DNA of 64,000 nt, from positions 1,664,136 through 1,728,135 of the forward strand of contig JBJBDC010000001.1 of the NCBI GenBank assembly GCA_047285535.1. The letters are read 5' to 3'. This DNA comes from Synechococcus sp. GTDB taxonomy: Bacteria > Cyanobacteriota > Cyanobacteriia > PCC-6307 > Cyanobiaceae. This document shows, piece by piece, positions 19,720-30,539 of the stretch. A program made the translations under genes and the position numbers. Below the pieces are notes generated by a model. It did no database searches. It was not told the DNA's origin and saw only the letters and a list, made by a program, of their open reading frames with translations. The first letter of the stretch is position 1; each line of letters begins with the position of its first letter.

Positions 19720-20040
19720 TCAGGCGATGGACTGGGCTCGCAGGATCAGCAGTGAGAGCAACCCCTGCTGGCCGATCAACAGTTCTCGAATCAAACTCAG
19801 AACACCCACCCAAATAACGGGAGTGACATCCACACCGCCGATGGGAGACACCACCCGACGTGTCAACGCCAAGATCGACTCCGTCGGCCAGGCCACCACA
19901 GGCCACAACCCGTGGGTGAGATCCACCTGGGGATACCAAGTGAGCACGATGCGAACAAGAAATGCGAGAGTCCATGCAGCCAACAGCAAGCCCAGTGTCA
20001 AGTGAAGAGTCGGAAGGATGGCAACCAGCGTTGGCGTCAC
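19720..20040 (-). CDS. YggT family membrane protein
   Basis: RIVLTWYPQ..PTESIL..PIGGVDVTPVIW. Confidence 0.85.
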   Translation of the reverse strand: MTPTLVAILPTLHLTLGLLLAAWTLAFLVRIVLTWYPQVDLTHGLWPVVAWPTESILALTRRVVSPIGGVDVTPVIWVGVLSLIRELLIGQQGLLSLLILRAQSIA

Positions 20041-20155
20041 AAAGCCCTAAGCAATACGATCTTCATCGTAGAAAGTTGATCTCAATCCCTAAGATCGCTC
20101 CTAACCAGGCCTTTTTGAACGCATCCGGTCCTCAGTCCCCCGGTCTTAAATCCCA

Positions 20156-20278
20156 ATGACGCCATCCCTATCCAATTTTCTGACCAGCCTTGTTGCAGGT
20201 GCCGTGATCGTTGTAATCCCTGCTTCTATAGGCCTCTTTCTGCTCAGCCAAACCGATCAGGTCGATCGCAAACTTTGA
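20156..20278 (+). CDS. psbX: Photosystem II protein X
   Basis: MTPSLSNFLTSLVAGAVIVVIPASIGLFLLSQTDQVDRKL* (read by hand; below the ORF-track cutoff). Confidence 0.93.
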   Translation: MTPSLSNFLTSLVAGAVIVVIPASIGLFLLSQTDQVDRKL

Positions 20279-20358
20279 AGACCTTTTCACGCTCCGTAGA
20301 CTGAACCAACTCGACCCGGGCTTCGGTTGTACGCAGGTCGTTATCAGAGAGCTTCACT

Positions 20359-21342
20359 GTGGTTAATGCCAGTCTGAATTGGGCCAGCATTGTTGGCATC
20401 GTGCTGGCTGTAGGTGGGGCCATGCTCTACTTCATGCGCAGCTTTAAGCCTGCTCTTGCTCGCGATTACGACGTGTTCTTCGCGGCCATTGGGCTCCTTT
20501 GTGGAGGAATTCTTTTCTTTCAGGGCTGGCGCCTCGACCCAATTTTGCAGTTTGGGCAGTTTTTGCTCGCTGGAACCACAGTGTTTTTTGCTTACGAGAG
20601 CGTTCGCCTGCGCGGAATTTCAGCCGAGCAGGCTCGTCGATCGGCTTATTTCGATGACGAGCCAGAAATCGGTAATCCCGCTGGGGGCCTGCGTGGTGGG
20701 TATGACGATCCATACGACAGATTCGATGACCCACAGCCGATCAGTCGCAGGTTTGGCGGGCAAGGTCTTGATGACGATGAACGACCAGAACAGGACTTCT
20801 ACCGCCCAAGACGAACGTCTAGGGCGGCCATTCCTGAACAGGCTGCCAGCAGAAGCCGGCAACGCTCTAATCCCTCTGCTGAGTGGTCAGACAACAGTGA
20901 ACGGGATCGGCGCATGGCCCGATTTGGGCGCAATGATGACGCCCCTCCAAGTGGTCCGAGCTTTGGAGAACGGCGTGCTCAACGTCAAGATCAACGTCGA
21001 GGATCCAGGCCCTCTCCAGCAGCGTCTCCATCTCGGCCTGAACCCTCTGGCCGTTCCTCAGCAGCAGTGGCCACGCCGAACAGTCGGCGACCAGCTCGTG
21101 GGAATAGCGGAGGTCAAAGTAGCGGAATTGAAGGAACCCCTGGAATTCCTCAGGGCAGCCCACTACGACGTGAGCCAGAAGATGCTGCCTACTCACCCAG
21201 CAAGCGCGGCACATCCTCCGCACAGGTGAACCGGCCCGGCGGCCCCAAACCTGAAGACGGGCCTAGCAGCGGTAGAGAAAGCAAGCGAACGCCTCCGCGT
21301 AGCTCACGTCCAAGAGACAACAGTTCTCGCTTCGACGACTAA
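20359..21342 (+). CDS. ycf66: Ycf66 family protein
   Basis: PALARDYDVFFAAIGLLCGGILFFQGWRLDPILQFGQ plus a disordered tail. Confidence 0.9.
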   Translation: MVNASLNWASIVGIVLAVGGAMLYFMRSFKPALARDYDVFFAAIGLLCGGILFFQGWRLDPILQFGQFLLAGTTVFFAYESVRLRGISAEQARRSAYFDDEPEIGNPAGGLRGGYDDPYDRFDDPQPISRRFGGQGLDDDERPEQDFYRPRRTSRAAIPEQAASRSRQRSNPSAEWSDNSERDRRMARFGRNDDAPPSGPSFGERRAQRQDQRRGSRPSPAASPSRPEPSGRSSAAVATPNSRRPARGNSGGQSSGIEGTPGIPQGSPLRREPEDAAYSPSKRGTSSAQVNRPGGPKPEDGPSSGRESKRTPPRSSRPRDNSSRFDD

Positions 21343-21364
21343 TCTCTGCACATCCAAAACAGGT

Positions 21365-21892
21365 ATGACCAGACTGCTGATTCCAGTGCTCTTAGCACTG
21401 GTGGCACTGGGATGTGAAAGCCGAACGAGACGCGCACCATCCACTCTTCTTGCCTCTCCACAGCAGGATCCTGCACTCAGCGGTGATGGAAAGTTGTTGG
21501 CCGTCATCGTGGACCAGAACGGCAGACCAACCGTTCAGCTCCGCAAAATACAAGACGGGGCCCCATTGCGTTTACGCCACCTCTCACGCCATCAACCGCA
21601 CAGCTCACCGTCGTTGAGCTGGAATGGTCGTTACTTGGCCGTCATCACCCAACGCGGCAACCGCCGACTGGTCTTGATTGAAGACCGTTTAAGTGGCAAA
21701 GCCCACCCAATGCGCTTGCCCTCAGGTCGAGATCCTGTGCAGGTCAGTCTTGCTCCAGATGCGCGCCAGCTCGCGATTCAGACCGCTGTTGAAGGACGCT
21801 GGCGCGTGGAAGTGCTTGACCTCAGCGGATTACTAGAGCCAGACAACCCTGCAGGCCAGCGACTCAAGACTCCCAGCGAGCTGAACCCATGA
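21365..21892 (+). CDS. TolB-like beta-propeller repeat lipoprotein
   Basis: Lipobox ALGC; PALSGDG, PSLSWNG and VSLAPDA repeats. Confidence 0.75.
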   Translation: MTRLLIPVLLALVALGCESRTRRAPSTLLASPQQDPALSGDGKLLAVIVDQNGRPTVQLRKIQDGAPLRLRHLSRHQPHSSPSLSWNGRYLAVITQRGNRRLVLIEDRLSGKAHPMRLPSGRDPVQVSLAPDARQLAIQTAVEGRWRVEVLDLSGLLEPDNPAGQRLKTPSELNP

Positions 21893-22383
21893 GGAAGCCA
21901 AGACAGCCCCTGATCACTTCAGCCCTTTTGCTCTCTGCTCTCGCCTTGGGTTGCAGTCAGAACGGCATCCGACCCATGGCCCGCGTTGGTACAGCGCTCC
22001 AACGCAGTGCAGACAGCCGGCGCCATCCCTCCATGGGACAAGGTTGGCTGGTAAGTCTGGCCAGCCGAAATGGGAGAGAGAGAGTGGAACTGATTGATCT
22101 AAACACCGCAACCCCTGTTCCTCTCCATGGACTCAATCAGGCCGATTCCCAAACCATCAGCCTCAGCGTGAGCGGAGATGGTCAAAGGATCGCTCTCATC
22201 CGCCAAAGGGATGAGCGAACCGAATTAATGCTCTATCGACGGGATGCAAGCGCTTTACAACGACTGCCGATCGATCCTCCTGGCGTACCCCGGTTGGTGA
22301 GCCTCAATGGCAATGGACGGCTGTTGGCCGTTCAGGTGAGCCGAAGAGGACGCTGGGATGTGGATTTGATACGCCTTCCCTAA
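21889..22383 (+). CDS. TolB-like beta-propeller repeat lipoprotein
   Basis: Lipobox ALGC; SVSGDG and SLNGNG repeats. Confidence 0.75.
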   Translation: MRKPRQPLITSALLLSALALGCSQNGIRPMARVGTALQRSADSRRHPSMGQGWLVSLASRNGRERVELIDLNTATPVPLHGLNQADSQTISLSVSGDGQRIALIRQRDERTELMLYRRDASALQRLPIDPPGVPRLVSLNGNGRLLAVQVSRRGRWDVDLIRLP

Positions 22384-22626
22384 TCACGGAACCAACCCTG
22401 CCCAATGCAAAAAGGTGTCATGACTTAAGGCTTCCGTGAGTAGAACAGCCAGGAAACCGATCATGGCGAAACGGCCGTTGATCCGCTCGGCGTAGCCACT
22501 CCAACCAAAGGCAGGCAGATCAGAGGTTGTAGCACTGGGCCCTTGCGCCAGACCCTGGGTGGACTGAGCGGAAGAGGCCTGCTCAGAAGAGCGGCTGTTC
22601 GTTTGATCAGAATTTTTCGGGGTCAT
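22384..22626 (-). CDS. hli: High-light-inducible protein (Hli/SCP)
   Basis: AERINGRFAMIGF chlorophyll-binding motif; ATG at 22626. Confidence 0.9.
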   Translation of the reverse strand: MTPKNSDQTNSRSSEQASSAQSTQGLAQGPSATTSDLPAFGWSGYAERINGRFAMIGFLAVLLTEALSHDTFLHWAGLVP

Positions 22627-24661
22627 AGCTACTTGTAGGAACAAGACTCCAATCGCCATCCCCACGTAGTTCCAACACGTTGGTATGGAAATGCTTGAGG
22701 GTAGGACGATGACCAACACTAATAAAGGAAAGATCTCGATCCACTAGCAACTGGTAAAGCTGCTTTTCTGTCTTGACATCAAGGGCACTGGTGGCCTCAT
22801 CAAGCACCACAAAACGCGGCGAATTTAAAAGTAATCGACCAAACGCTAATCTCTGCTGCTCTCCGAGAGAAAGAATGCGAGGCCAATCCTGCTTAATATC
22901 GAGATCAGGATAACGAGTGACTAGCTTCTGCAGATTGACCTGCTCAAGCACACTCCTTAACTGCTCATCACTAAAACGATCCTCATCTGCTGGGTAACAA
23001 AGCTGCTCTCGCAAGGAGCCCAACAACATATAGGGCTTCTGTGGAATGAATAAAAGATCACCCATCGAAGGACGCTCGACACTGCCTCGACTGGGTTCCC
23101 ATAGACCACTAATCATGCGTAACAATGATGTCTTTCCGCAGCCAGAGGGTCCCACCACCAAAAGCTTGTCGTGATCACCAATGTTGATTGTGAGATCTTC
23201 GATTACCGGATTTTTACCATTTGGTGGATATAGATCGGCTGAGCGAATCACAATGCTGTTGCTTCCAGGCACAACTCTGCTGTTGTTACTCGGAGCCTGT
23301 TGCCCCACATGCTCAACCTTGGTCTGAAATCCTTCAAGACGGCTGATGCCCGCTGCGAATTGAGCAAGTTGTTCAATTCTAGCAACTATAAAGAAGAGCG
23401 AGCTTTCAACCATATTGAACGCAAAATTAGCCTGATTGAAAACTCCAAAGTCAATTTCGCCCGCGAAATACACGGGGGCCATGACCAAGAACGGAAGGAA
23501 AACACCCGCGTAGGAAACCGAACGACGCATCACATCGATGATCACCTGCCATACAATTAAGAGATTGAAGTTTTTAACAACAGATCCAAGCCTTCTATAG
23601 GATTCTTGTTTTTCCTGAGTTTCACCAGAGTAAAACGCAATCGACTCAGCATTATCCCTTATATGGACAAGACCATAACGGAAATCGGCCTCATAACGTA
23701 ACTGATCATAATTAATTCGGACGAGGTTCCGCCCCGCAACAATGAGCAGAGCCGTAGCGAAAGCTGCATACCCGAACAAGGCAAAGGTAAGCCTCGAACT
23801 GATACCCCACAATATAAGTATGTTCAAAGAAAACGTAAGCAGCGCATCAAACAAACCCAACACGAGACTTAAGCTTTGCGCTGTAAAGGCTTCCGTATCC
23901 TGAGTAATCCTTTGGTCAGGATTATCAATATCTGTCTCTTCTTCACTGTTAGGATTAAGAACATAATACGCCTTGTTTTTCATATAATCACCGATCAAAG
24001 ACCTAGACAACCACTCCCTCCAGATAATCCCAAGCTTTTGCGTGATGTAGACCTGAGTCACCCTGATGGGGAGTGCAACCACAAAGCATGCGGCGTAGAT
24101 GGACAGCCGCCCATAAAAGCCTCCCTGATCCTTATCCACCAACGCATTTGTAATGTCTCTGTAAATAAAACTAATCCCAGCATTAATCCCATTAACAGCT
24201 AGCAACATAAAAACAATCGTTGCCAATAAACCCCAATTAAGCCAACGTCTCTGGCGCAATTGCTGACGGAAGGCCACAAAACTGGCCAAACCAATCAGAA
24301 ACAGAGCAACAAAAGCCCCTCCCCACCAACTGGACCAGATCGTGGCGAGTGTTCCAGCAACACCAGCGAGGTACTTTTCCGTTAAAACCGGCTGAAATCG
24401 ATCCAGGCTTCGGATCACTACCGTCAGGACGGCAAGAACCAACCCTCCAACACAAAACAGCAGGCAAATCAACAGCCAGATGAACTGCCAGCCGCTGGCC
24501 TGATCCAGCGGCAGAAAAAAGGGTTGAGCTAGATGGCGCAGCTTCGCGAGCTGATCACGCAGGTTTTTCAACGGGCCGCTGCTGGGCAAAGTAGACGCTG
24601 TCATGTCGACATTCTCCCAAGCGATTCCTTCATCCGGGAGGCCATTCCAGGGAACGCCCAC
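22607..24661 (-). CDS. ABC transporter, fused permease/ATPase (ABCD/YddA-like)
   Basis: IDNPDQRI, GPSGCGKTS, LSLGEQQR, VLDEATSALD; start may be 24604. Confidence 0.9.
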   Translation of the reverse strand: MGVPWNGLPDEGIAWENVDMTASTLPSSGPLKNLRDQLAKLRHLAQPFFLPLDQASGWQFIWLLICLLFCVGGLVLAVLTVVIRSLDRFQPVLTEKYLAGVAGTLATIWSSWWGGAFVALFLIGLASFVAFRQQLRQRRWLNWGLLATIVFMLLAVNGINAGISFIYRDITNALVDKDQGGFYGRLSIYAACFVVALPIRVTQVYITQKLGIIWREWLSRSLIGDYMKNKAYYVLNPNSEEETDIDNPDQRITQDTEAFTAQSLSLVLGLFDALLTFSLNILILWGISSRLTFALFGYAAFATALLIVAGRNLVRINYDQLRYEADFRYGLVHIRDNAESIAFYSGETQEKQESYRRLGSVVKNFNLLIVWQVIIDVMRRSVSYAGVFLPFLVMAPVYFAGEIDFGVFNQANFAFNMVESSLFFIVARIEQLAQFAAGISRLEGFQTKVEHVGQQAPSNNSRVVPGSNSIVIRSADLYPPNGKNPVIEDLTINIGDHDKLLVVGPSGCGKTSLLRMISGLWEPSRGSVERPSMGDLLFIPQKPYMLLGSLREQLCYPADEDRFSDEQLRSVLEQVNLQKLVTRYPDLDIKQDWPRILSLGEQQRLAFGRLLLNSPRFVVLDEATSALDVKTEKQLYQLLVDRDLSFISVGHRPTLKHFHTNVLELRGDGDWSLVPTSSYDPEKF

Positions 24662-24977
24662 CGATCACATGAACATGCAGGTGGAACACGGTCTGTCCTG
24701 CTCCCTCACCGCTGTTAATCACGGTTCTCCAATCATCCAACCCTTCCTGGTGGGCGACCTTTGCAGCCACCAACAGCAAATGACCGAGCAACTCCCTATC
24801 CGCTTCATCTGCCTCCCGCAAACTTTCAAGTGGCTTGCGAGGAATGATCAGCAGATGAACCGGTGCCGCTGGAGCAATGTCACGGAAGGCCAGACATTTC
24901 TCATCGCTATACACCTCATCACATGGAATCTCTCCACGCAGGATGCGGCCAAAAATCGTGTCGCCAGCCATGGTCAA
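24630..24977 (-). CDS. Histidine triad nucleotide-binding protein
   Basis: GQTVFHLHVHVIGGR. Confidence 0.93.
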   Translation of the reverse strand: MTMAGDTIFGRILRGEIPCDEVYSDEKCLAFRDIAPAAPVHLLIIPRKPLESLREADEADRELLGHLLLVAAKVAHQEGLDDWRTVINSGEGAGQTVFHLHVHVIGGRSLEWPPG

Positions 24978-25040
24978 AAACCTGGGCAGAACAGTGAATG
25001 AGACGGGTGGGGCATCAGAGGCCTAACCCACAACATCACA

Positions 25041-26600
25041 ATGCTTGCACGCTGCTCAAGCGCCTCAATTCAAGGCATGGATGCGCATCCCGTCACGGTG
25101 GAAGTCGACCTCGCACCAGGGCTCCCCGGCTTGCAACTTGTGGGATTGCCAGATGCCGCAATTCAAGAATCACGTGAACGCGTTCGGGCAGCGCTGCGTA
25201 ACAGCGGCTTTCGAGGGCCCCTTGTTCGGGTCATAGTCAATCTGGCGCCAGCAGATCTACGCAAGGAGGGACCAGCTTTCGATCTTCCGATCGCGCTGGC
25301 CTTACTGGTTGCCAGCGGTCAGCTGGATCCAAACAGGCTGGAGGGACTTTGTTGCGCCGGAGAACTTGGCCTGGACGGCAGCTTGCGACCATGCCGCGGC
25401 ATTCTGGCGATTGCCTGCCAAGCCAAGATCCAGCAAGCGAAGGCATGTGTTGTGCCGTCGGCCAACGCTGCAGAAGCATCTCTTGTGGCTGGACTCCCAG
25501 TGGTCTGTGCCAACAATCTGAGCGAACTCGTCGAGCAACTACGCCATGGCGTCAAGTTCAACTGTTTCCAACAACCCATCAAGAGAGCAACCACACACCC
25601 GGCGGACTCTCCAAGCGCATCAGAGACTTCAGCCTCAACATCTCTGCATCTTCAGCCTTTAGCGCGCAAGGCTTTAGCGATTGCTGCCGCAGGTGGACAT
25701 CATCTCCTGATGGTTGGTCCCCCTGGCTGTGGCAAGACAATCTTGGCGCAACAACTTCCCAAGATTCTTCCACCTCTGAGCCAGTCAGAGGCCCTGGAAC
25801 TCACTCGGCTCCAATCCATTGCCGGAAAGCTGGGCAGCGTCACAAACCTTGTTCGCCAACGACCGTTCCGTGCACCACACCCCAGCACATCGGCCGCCGG
25901 TCTCCTCGGTGGGGGAAAGAATCCGCGCCCAGGTGAATTGAGCCTGGCGCATGGAGGAGTGCTGTTTCTGGATGAACTAACCGAATTCCCGAGATCGCTC
26001 CTTGACCAGTTGCGTCAGCCTCTGGAGGAGGGGGTGCTCTGGCTCAGCCGAGCCCACTTGCGCTGCGCCTTCCCATGTCATGTCACCCTTGTTGCAGCAA
26101 CCAATCCGTGTCCTTGCGGATGGCATGGTGATCGCTCAAACCGCTGTCGATGTTCGGAGCTTCAACGCAAGCGCTACTGGAGCCGCTTATCTGGGCCATT
26201 TTTAGATCGCCTCGATCTTCAGTGCCGCCTCGAATCAGTACCGACAGCTCAATTACGCCGTTGCTTTCGTGAACCAGATCCTCCTACGGATCAAAGCTTC
26301 GCAGCCGAGGTGGTCCAGGAAGCCCGCCTCAAAATGTGCAAACGCAACCCTGATGGTCAACTCAACAGCCAACTCAACGCAGTAGATCTAGGCCGATACG
26401 GACAGATTCACGAGGATGCATTCAAATGCTGGGAAAAGGTGGTGGCGAAGCGTCATCTGAGCTTGCGCAGCAGTTTGAGGTTGCTGCGCGTTGCTCGAAC
26501 CATCGCTGACCTCGCCGCCCTACCGGTAGTGGGCGAACAACAGATTGCTGAAGCCCTCTGCTTTCGGAGCTATGACAACACTGCTAAACCCTTGATGTGA
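25041..26600 (+). CDS. comM: YifB/ComM family Mg-chelatase-like AAA ATPase
   Basis: VNLAPADLRKEG..DLPIA, GPPGCGKT, RPFRAPH, LFLDE, NPCPCG. Confidence 0.9.
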   Translation: MLARCSSASIQGMDAHPVTVEVDLAPGLPGLQLVGLPDAAIQESRERVRAALRNSGFRGPLVRVIVNLAPADLRKEGPAFDLPIALALLVASGQLDPNRLEGLCCAGELGLDGSLRPCRGILAIACQAKIQQAKACVVPSANAAEASLVAGLPVVCANNLSELVEQLRHGVKFNCFQQPIKRATTHPADSPSASETSASTSLHLQPLARKALAIAAAGGHHLLMVGPPGCGKTILAQQLPKILPPLSQSEALELTRLQSIAGKLGSVTNLVRQRPFRAPHPSTSAAGLLGGGKNPRPGELSLAHGGVLFLDELTEFPRSLLDQLRQPLEEGVLWLSRAHLRCAFPCHVTLVAATNPCPCGWHGDRSNRCRCSELQRKRYWSRLSGPFLDRLDLQCRLESVPTAQLRRCFREPDPPTDQSFAAEVVQEARLKMCKRNPDGQLNSQLNAVDLGRYGQIHEDAFKCWEKVVAKRHLSLRSSLRLLRVARTIADLAALPVVGEQQIAEALCFRSYDNTAKPLM

Positions 26601-26612
26601 GGGTTGAGATGC

Positions 26613-26759
26613 TCAACGACGGCCATGATGCGGAACATCCCGGTAAGGCTGGAATCCAATCGGAGGAGGAACGTTTCTCTTTTCCTCACTTGGATTGCCG
26701 ACAGCATGTGAAATAGTTTCACCGACCCAGTCGCGAAACGATCTAAGCATGAGTTCCAT
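26613..26759 (-). CDS. Small hypothetical protein (48 aa)
   Basis: MELMLRSFRDWVGETISHAVGNPSEEKRNVPPPIGFQPYRDVPHHGRR*. Confidence 0.5.
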   Translation of the reverse strand: MELMLRSFRDWVGETISHAVGNPSEEKRNVPPPIGFQPYRDVPHHGRR

Positions 26760-26880
26760 GAGGATCACCGATGAACTCTCTTTAGTCTCGGAAGCTCATA
26801 AAAAAAAAGGATCAGTCAAAATACTGATCGTTCCATATTTTGACTGAGTACGTCTTAGCGGTATTTGAAACTCGAATCAA

Positions 26881-27051
26881 TCAACGACGGCGACGACGTT
26901 GCTGAGCCTTGCGCTTGTACTTCTCGATTGGAGTTTCGTGATGACGAAGGCGCTTGAGATCAGCAAAGATTCCGGCCTTGGAGACCTGGCGCTTAAAGCG
27001 CCGCAGGGCAGATTCGATGCCTTCATTTTCTCCGACCGTGACCTGAGTCAT
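26881..27051 (-). CDS. rpsU: 30S ribosomal protein S21
   Basis: [56 protein letters not shown] (read by hand). Confidence 0.96.
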   Translation of the reverse strand: MTQVTVGENEGIESALRRFKRQVSKAGIFADLKRLRHHETPIEKYKRKAQQRRRRR

Positions 27052-27104
27052 TCAACAAGCAAGGATGTCCAGCCACGCAATGTAGCAAGCGAAGGGCTCA
27101 CTGC

Positions 27105-27686
27105 TCAGAACGCATCAGAAAGGCTAGGGGCCTCATCGCGATACACATACAGATGCCCAAGTGTGCGCTTGCCGTATTGACGCCTCATCAACTTCCAACC
27201 TGGCTCTAGAACAAGTTGAAGGAAGCCATGTCCAGGACCTCCAGAGCGGGCCACCACCATGGTGGGACGAGATGGATCACGCGTTGGAACCGCGAGCAGC
27301 TCCACATCGGAACCAGTTTTCACTACTGACAGTCGGTAACGTGTGCCCAGGTCATCACCTCCAATACGCAAGGAATAACCATTGCCATCGATGTAGCGAT
27401 TGCAGATTCCTGTGAAGTCAAAACTCGCCAACAGGGGGTCGACGACAGCAGGTGAGGCGCCAGAAACCTCGAAACAAGGTCGGGCGCTGGTGCGCTGCTC
27501 ATAAATATTCAGCTGAGAGCTCTCACCCTTGCCAATGGGAGCAGCCACCATCACAAATTGGCTTTCATCAACGTCTGCAGCAGTGAAAACAGAACCCTGT
27601 GCCTTCACAACTTGCGAGAGGCCTGTAGCAACTGCGGCAGCAAAGACAGCGGCAGTAAAAGCTGACTTCCAAAAAAGGCCCATCAA
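27105..27686 (-). CDS. DUF3747 domain exported protein
   Basis: Signal peptide; VDPLLASFDFTGICNRYIDGNGYSLR. Confidence 0.8.
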   Translation of the reverse strand: MMGLFWKSAFTAAVFAAAVATGLSQVVKAQGSVFTAADVDESQFVMVAAPIGKGESSQLNIYEQRTSARPCFEVSGASPAVVDPLLASFDFTGICNRYIDGNGYSLRIGGDDLGTRYRLSVVKTGSDVELLAVPTRDPSRPTMVVARSGGPGHGFLQLVLEPGWKLMRRQYGKRTLGHLYVYRDEAPSLSDAF

Positions 27687-27743
27687 TCAAAACCAGTGAT
27701 GTCCTCGGATCGTATTAGTCCCTGGTGATCCGAGCACGAGGGA

Positions 27744-27941
27744 TCAGGCCGGTTTGTTGAGACGAATCGCGACTAAAAGTGACCCGAACGTGGCAGGAAG
27801 GCTCAAACCCAGAATCCAACGTGTGGGATTCACTCCCAAATCAGGATCGCCGTACGCCAGTTCGAAAACGCTACCTGTTGCAGCGATACCAAGTACACAT
27901 GCCAGGGCCAAGAACAGGCCTGACAGGGGTTTCATCGGCAT
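27744..27941 (-). CDS. Small membrane protein
   Basis: Two TM helices; GSVFELAYGDPDLG. Confidence 0.7.
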   Translation of the reverse strand: MPMKPLSGLFLALACVLGIAATGSVFELAYGDPDLGVNPTRWILGLSLPATFGSLLVAIRLNKPA

Positions 27942-27945
27942 GGAC

Positions 27946-28554
27946 TTATGACCTCATTGGGCGGACGTCAGAGGCAAGGAATCCATGCTCTTTCAACTCT
28001 TTATTAAGGCCACCGGAATCGGTGACGCGATCCACAAACAACACACCGCGGAGATGGTCCATCTCATGCTGAATGCAGCGTGCCATCAGACCATCAGCCT
28101 TCATGGTGCGAGGTCGACCCATTTCATCTCTAAAACTTAACTGGATTGCCGTAGGACGGACTACATCGAGATAAACACCTGGGATGCTCAGGCAACCCTC
28201 TTCATACGTGTCGACGGATGCGCTGCAGGTTGTGATTTCAGGGTTGATCAATACAAGAGGTGGAGTGCTTGATGTCTCAAAGTCGAGATCAATCACCAGC
28301 AATTGTTGATGGACTCCCACCTGAGGAGCTGCTAGCCCAATACCACGGGCTGTGTACATGCTGCGCAGCATGTCGCGAGCCAAATCACGCACACGCTCGT
28401 CAACCTTGCCAATCCTGCGAGCATCCCCCCGTAATACTTCGTCGCCGAGCTGATGGATGTTGAGCGGAGCGCTATCCATCGGCTCCTTGGGCACGGTAAT
28501 GGCGGAGCTTCTCTTCTCAGCCGATCGTGCCAACTGGGCAAAGCTCCTGGCCAA
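27946..28554 (-). CDS. def: Peptide deformylase
   Basis: GIGLAAPQVG, EGCLS, QHEMDHL. Confidence 0.96.
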   Translation of the reverse strand: MARSFAQLARSAEKRSSAITVPKEPMDSAPLNIHQLGDEVLRGDARRIGKVDERVRDLARDMLRSMYTARGIGLAAPQVGVHQQLLVIDLDFETSSTPPLVLINPEITTCSASVDTYEEGCLSIPGVYLDVVRPTAIQLSFRDEMGRPRTMKADGLMARCIQHEMDHLRGVLFVDRVTDSGGLNKELKEHGFLASDVRPMRS

Positions 28555-28619
28555 AACCTCTCCTACGTTGAAGTTGTCTCGATCTTAGGCAGACCTGATC
28601 TCTGCTTGATCCGTTCGAC

Positions 28620-30539
28620 ATGTCTCTGCAACAGCCACTGCCCGCAACGACCGCCCTCGGACGCAATCCGGTGCTGCGGGCTCCGCAACTCCTGGGAGAT
28701 TGGGTGCTCTGGTTAGAGCAGCGTCCACAAGAGAAAGGTCGCACCACAGCGTTAATCCGCCGCTGGGGGGAACACGAAAGCACGCCCCTGGAGCTGACCC
28801 CTGCACCCATCAATTTGCGCAGCAGAGTGCACGAGTACGGCGGCGCTCCGCTGACTGCGAGCCTGCATCAGGGAACACTTCACTTGGTCTGGGTCGATGA
28901 CAATGACCGTTGCCTTTGGTGTCAATGCTGGCAAGGCCTTGATGGAGCTAGTCCCCAGATGCTGCGCTCACTCGCTGACGCAGAACGACTCACGTCACCA
29001 ACCAATCGTCAAAGCGCCCTTGCAGGAGGAGTTTTAGATCATTCCCGCAATCGATGGCTCGGGGTGATGGAGGACTCCGGTGGGGATCGATTGGTCAGCG
29101 TTGACCTCGAGCAACGAGATCAGACCCCTGTTGTGGTTCATCAACCTGCTGATTTCGCTGGCTACCTCGCCCTCAGTCCAGATGGAGCGCATCTCGCCTG
29201 GGTGGAATGGCAGCAGCCCTCGATGCCCTGGGATTGCTCGCAGCTGCTGCTGGCGCATCTCACGACTGCGGGCGAACTGGACCATGGCCTAGTGATCGCC
29301 GGCAGTGCAGCATCGGTGACACCAGGAATCTCCGTGTTTCAGCCCCAATGGCTGCCGGATGGAAGCCTCGTGGTTGCAGAAGACAGCAGTGGCTGGTGGA
29401 ACCTGATGCAATATCTCAGACCGGGCAGCTTGAACGACCAATGGCAACGCCTCTGGCCGATGACCGCAGAGACCGCCATGCCCCAATGGGTCTTTGGGAT
29501 GAGCACCACCGCTTGGGATGGTGAAAAACTTTTAGCGGCCGTCTGCGATCAGGGTGAATGGCAATTGCAACGGCTTGGGCTCGATGGGTCGGTAGACCCA
29601 TGGAATCAACCCTTCAACGATCTCTCAGAGCTCAATGCCTCAAATGGCAGGGCCGTAGCTATCGCAAGCAACAGCACCAGAGGCCAAGGGATTCTCGAGC
29701 TCGACCTAAGCCGAGGAACCTGGCATCACACTCCAGCCTCGCCAGCGGTCATGGAGACCAAAGACATCAGCGTGGCCCAATCGCTGTGGTTTGAAGGATT
29801 CAGAGGCCAACGCACCCATGCCTGGTACTACCCACCAGCCGGTGGAGGAGATCCAGGGTCACCATTACTCGTGAAAAGCCATAGCGGACCGACATCCATG
29901 GCCCGCCGTGGCCTCAGCCTTGCCATTCAGTTCTGGACTTCGCGGGGCTGGGGGGTTGTCGATGTGAACTACGGAGGATCGACAGGATTTGGCAAGGACT
30001 ACCGCAACCGGCTTCATGGGGGCTGGGGACAGGTGGATGTGGAAGATTGCGCAGCTGCCGCCAGAACCCTGATTGCCGCGGGCTGTGCCCACCCGGAACG
30101 CATTGCCATCGAAGGGGGGAGTGCCGGTGGCTTCACAACCCTGGCCTGCCTCTGTTTTACCGATGTCTTCCGGGCCGGGGCATGCCGTTATGCCGTCAGT
30201 GATCCTGCGGCTTTAGCCACGGACACCCATCGTTTTGAAGCTCGCTACCTGGATGGTCTGATCGGCCGCTGGCCAGAGGAACGCGATCTTTATGAGCAGC
30301 GGTCACCCCTGCACCATGTGGAACAGATTCGCTGTCCTGTGATCTTTTTCCAGGGTCTCAAAGACAAGGTCGTCCTGCCACAGCAAACCGAACGCATGGC
30401 CGATGCCTTGCGCCGCAATGCCATCCCAGTGGAAGTGCACACCTTCCAGGAGGAGGGGCATGGCTTCCGAGATAGCGCTGTGCAGGTCGCCGTTCTGGAG
30501 TCAACAGAGCGCTTTTTCCGCCAACACCTCAATTGTTAG
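28620..30539 (+). CDS. S9 family (prolyl oligopeptidase-like) peptidase
   Basis: HSGPT, GGSAGG nucleophile, DKVV, EGHGF. Confidence 0.9.
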   Translation: MSLQQPLPATTALGRNPVLRAPQLLGDWVLWLEQRPQEKGRTTALIRRWGEHESTPLELTPAPINLRSRVHEYGGAPLTASLHQGTLHLVWVDDNDRCLWCQCWQGLDGASPQMLRSLADAERLTSPTNRQSALAGGVLDHSRNRWLGVMEDSGGDRLVSVDLEQRDQTPVVVHQPADFAGYLALSPDGAHLAWVEWQQPSMPWDCSQLLLAHLTTAGELDHGLVIAGSAASVTPGISVFQPQWLPDGSLVVAEDSSGWWNLMQYLRPGSLNDQWQRLWPMTAETAMPQWVFGMSTTAWDGEKLLAAVCDQGEWQLQRLGLDGSVDPWNQPFNDLSELNASNGRAVAIASNSTRGQGILELDLSRGTWHHTPASPAVMETKDISVAQSLWFEGFRGQRTHAWYYPPAGGGDPGSPLLVKSHSGPTSMARRGLSLAIQFWTSRGWGVVDVNYGGSTGFGKDYRNRLHGGWGQVDVEDCAAAARTLIAAGCAHPERIAIEGGSAGGFTTLACLCFTDVFRAGACRYAVSDPAALATDTHRFEARYLDGLIGRWPEERDLYEQRSPLHHVEQIRCPVIFFQGLKDKVVLPQQTERMADALRRNAIPVEVHTFQEEGHGFRDSAVQVAVLESTERFFRQHLNC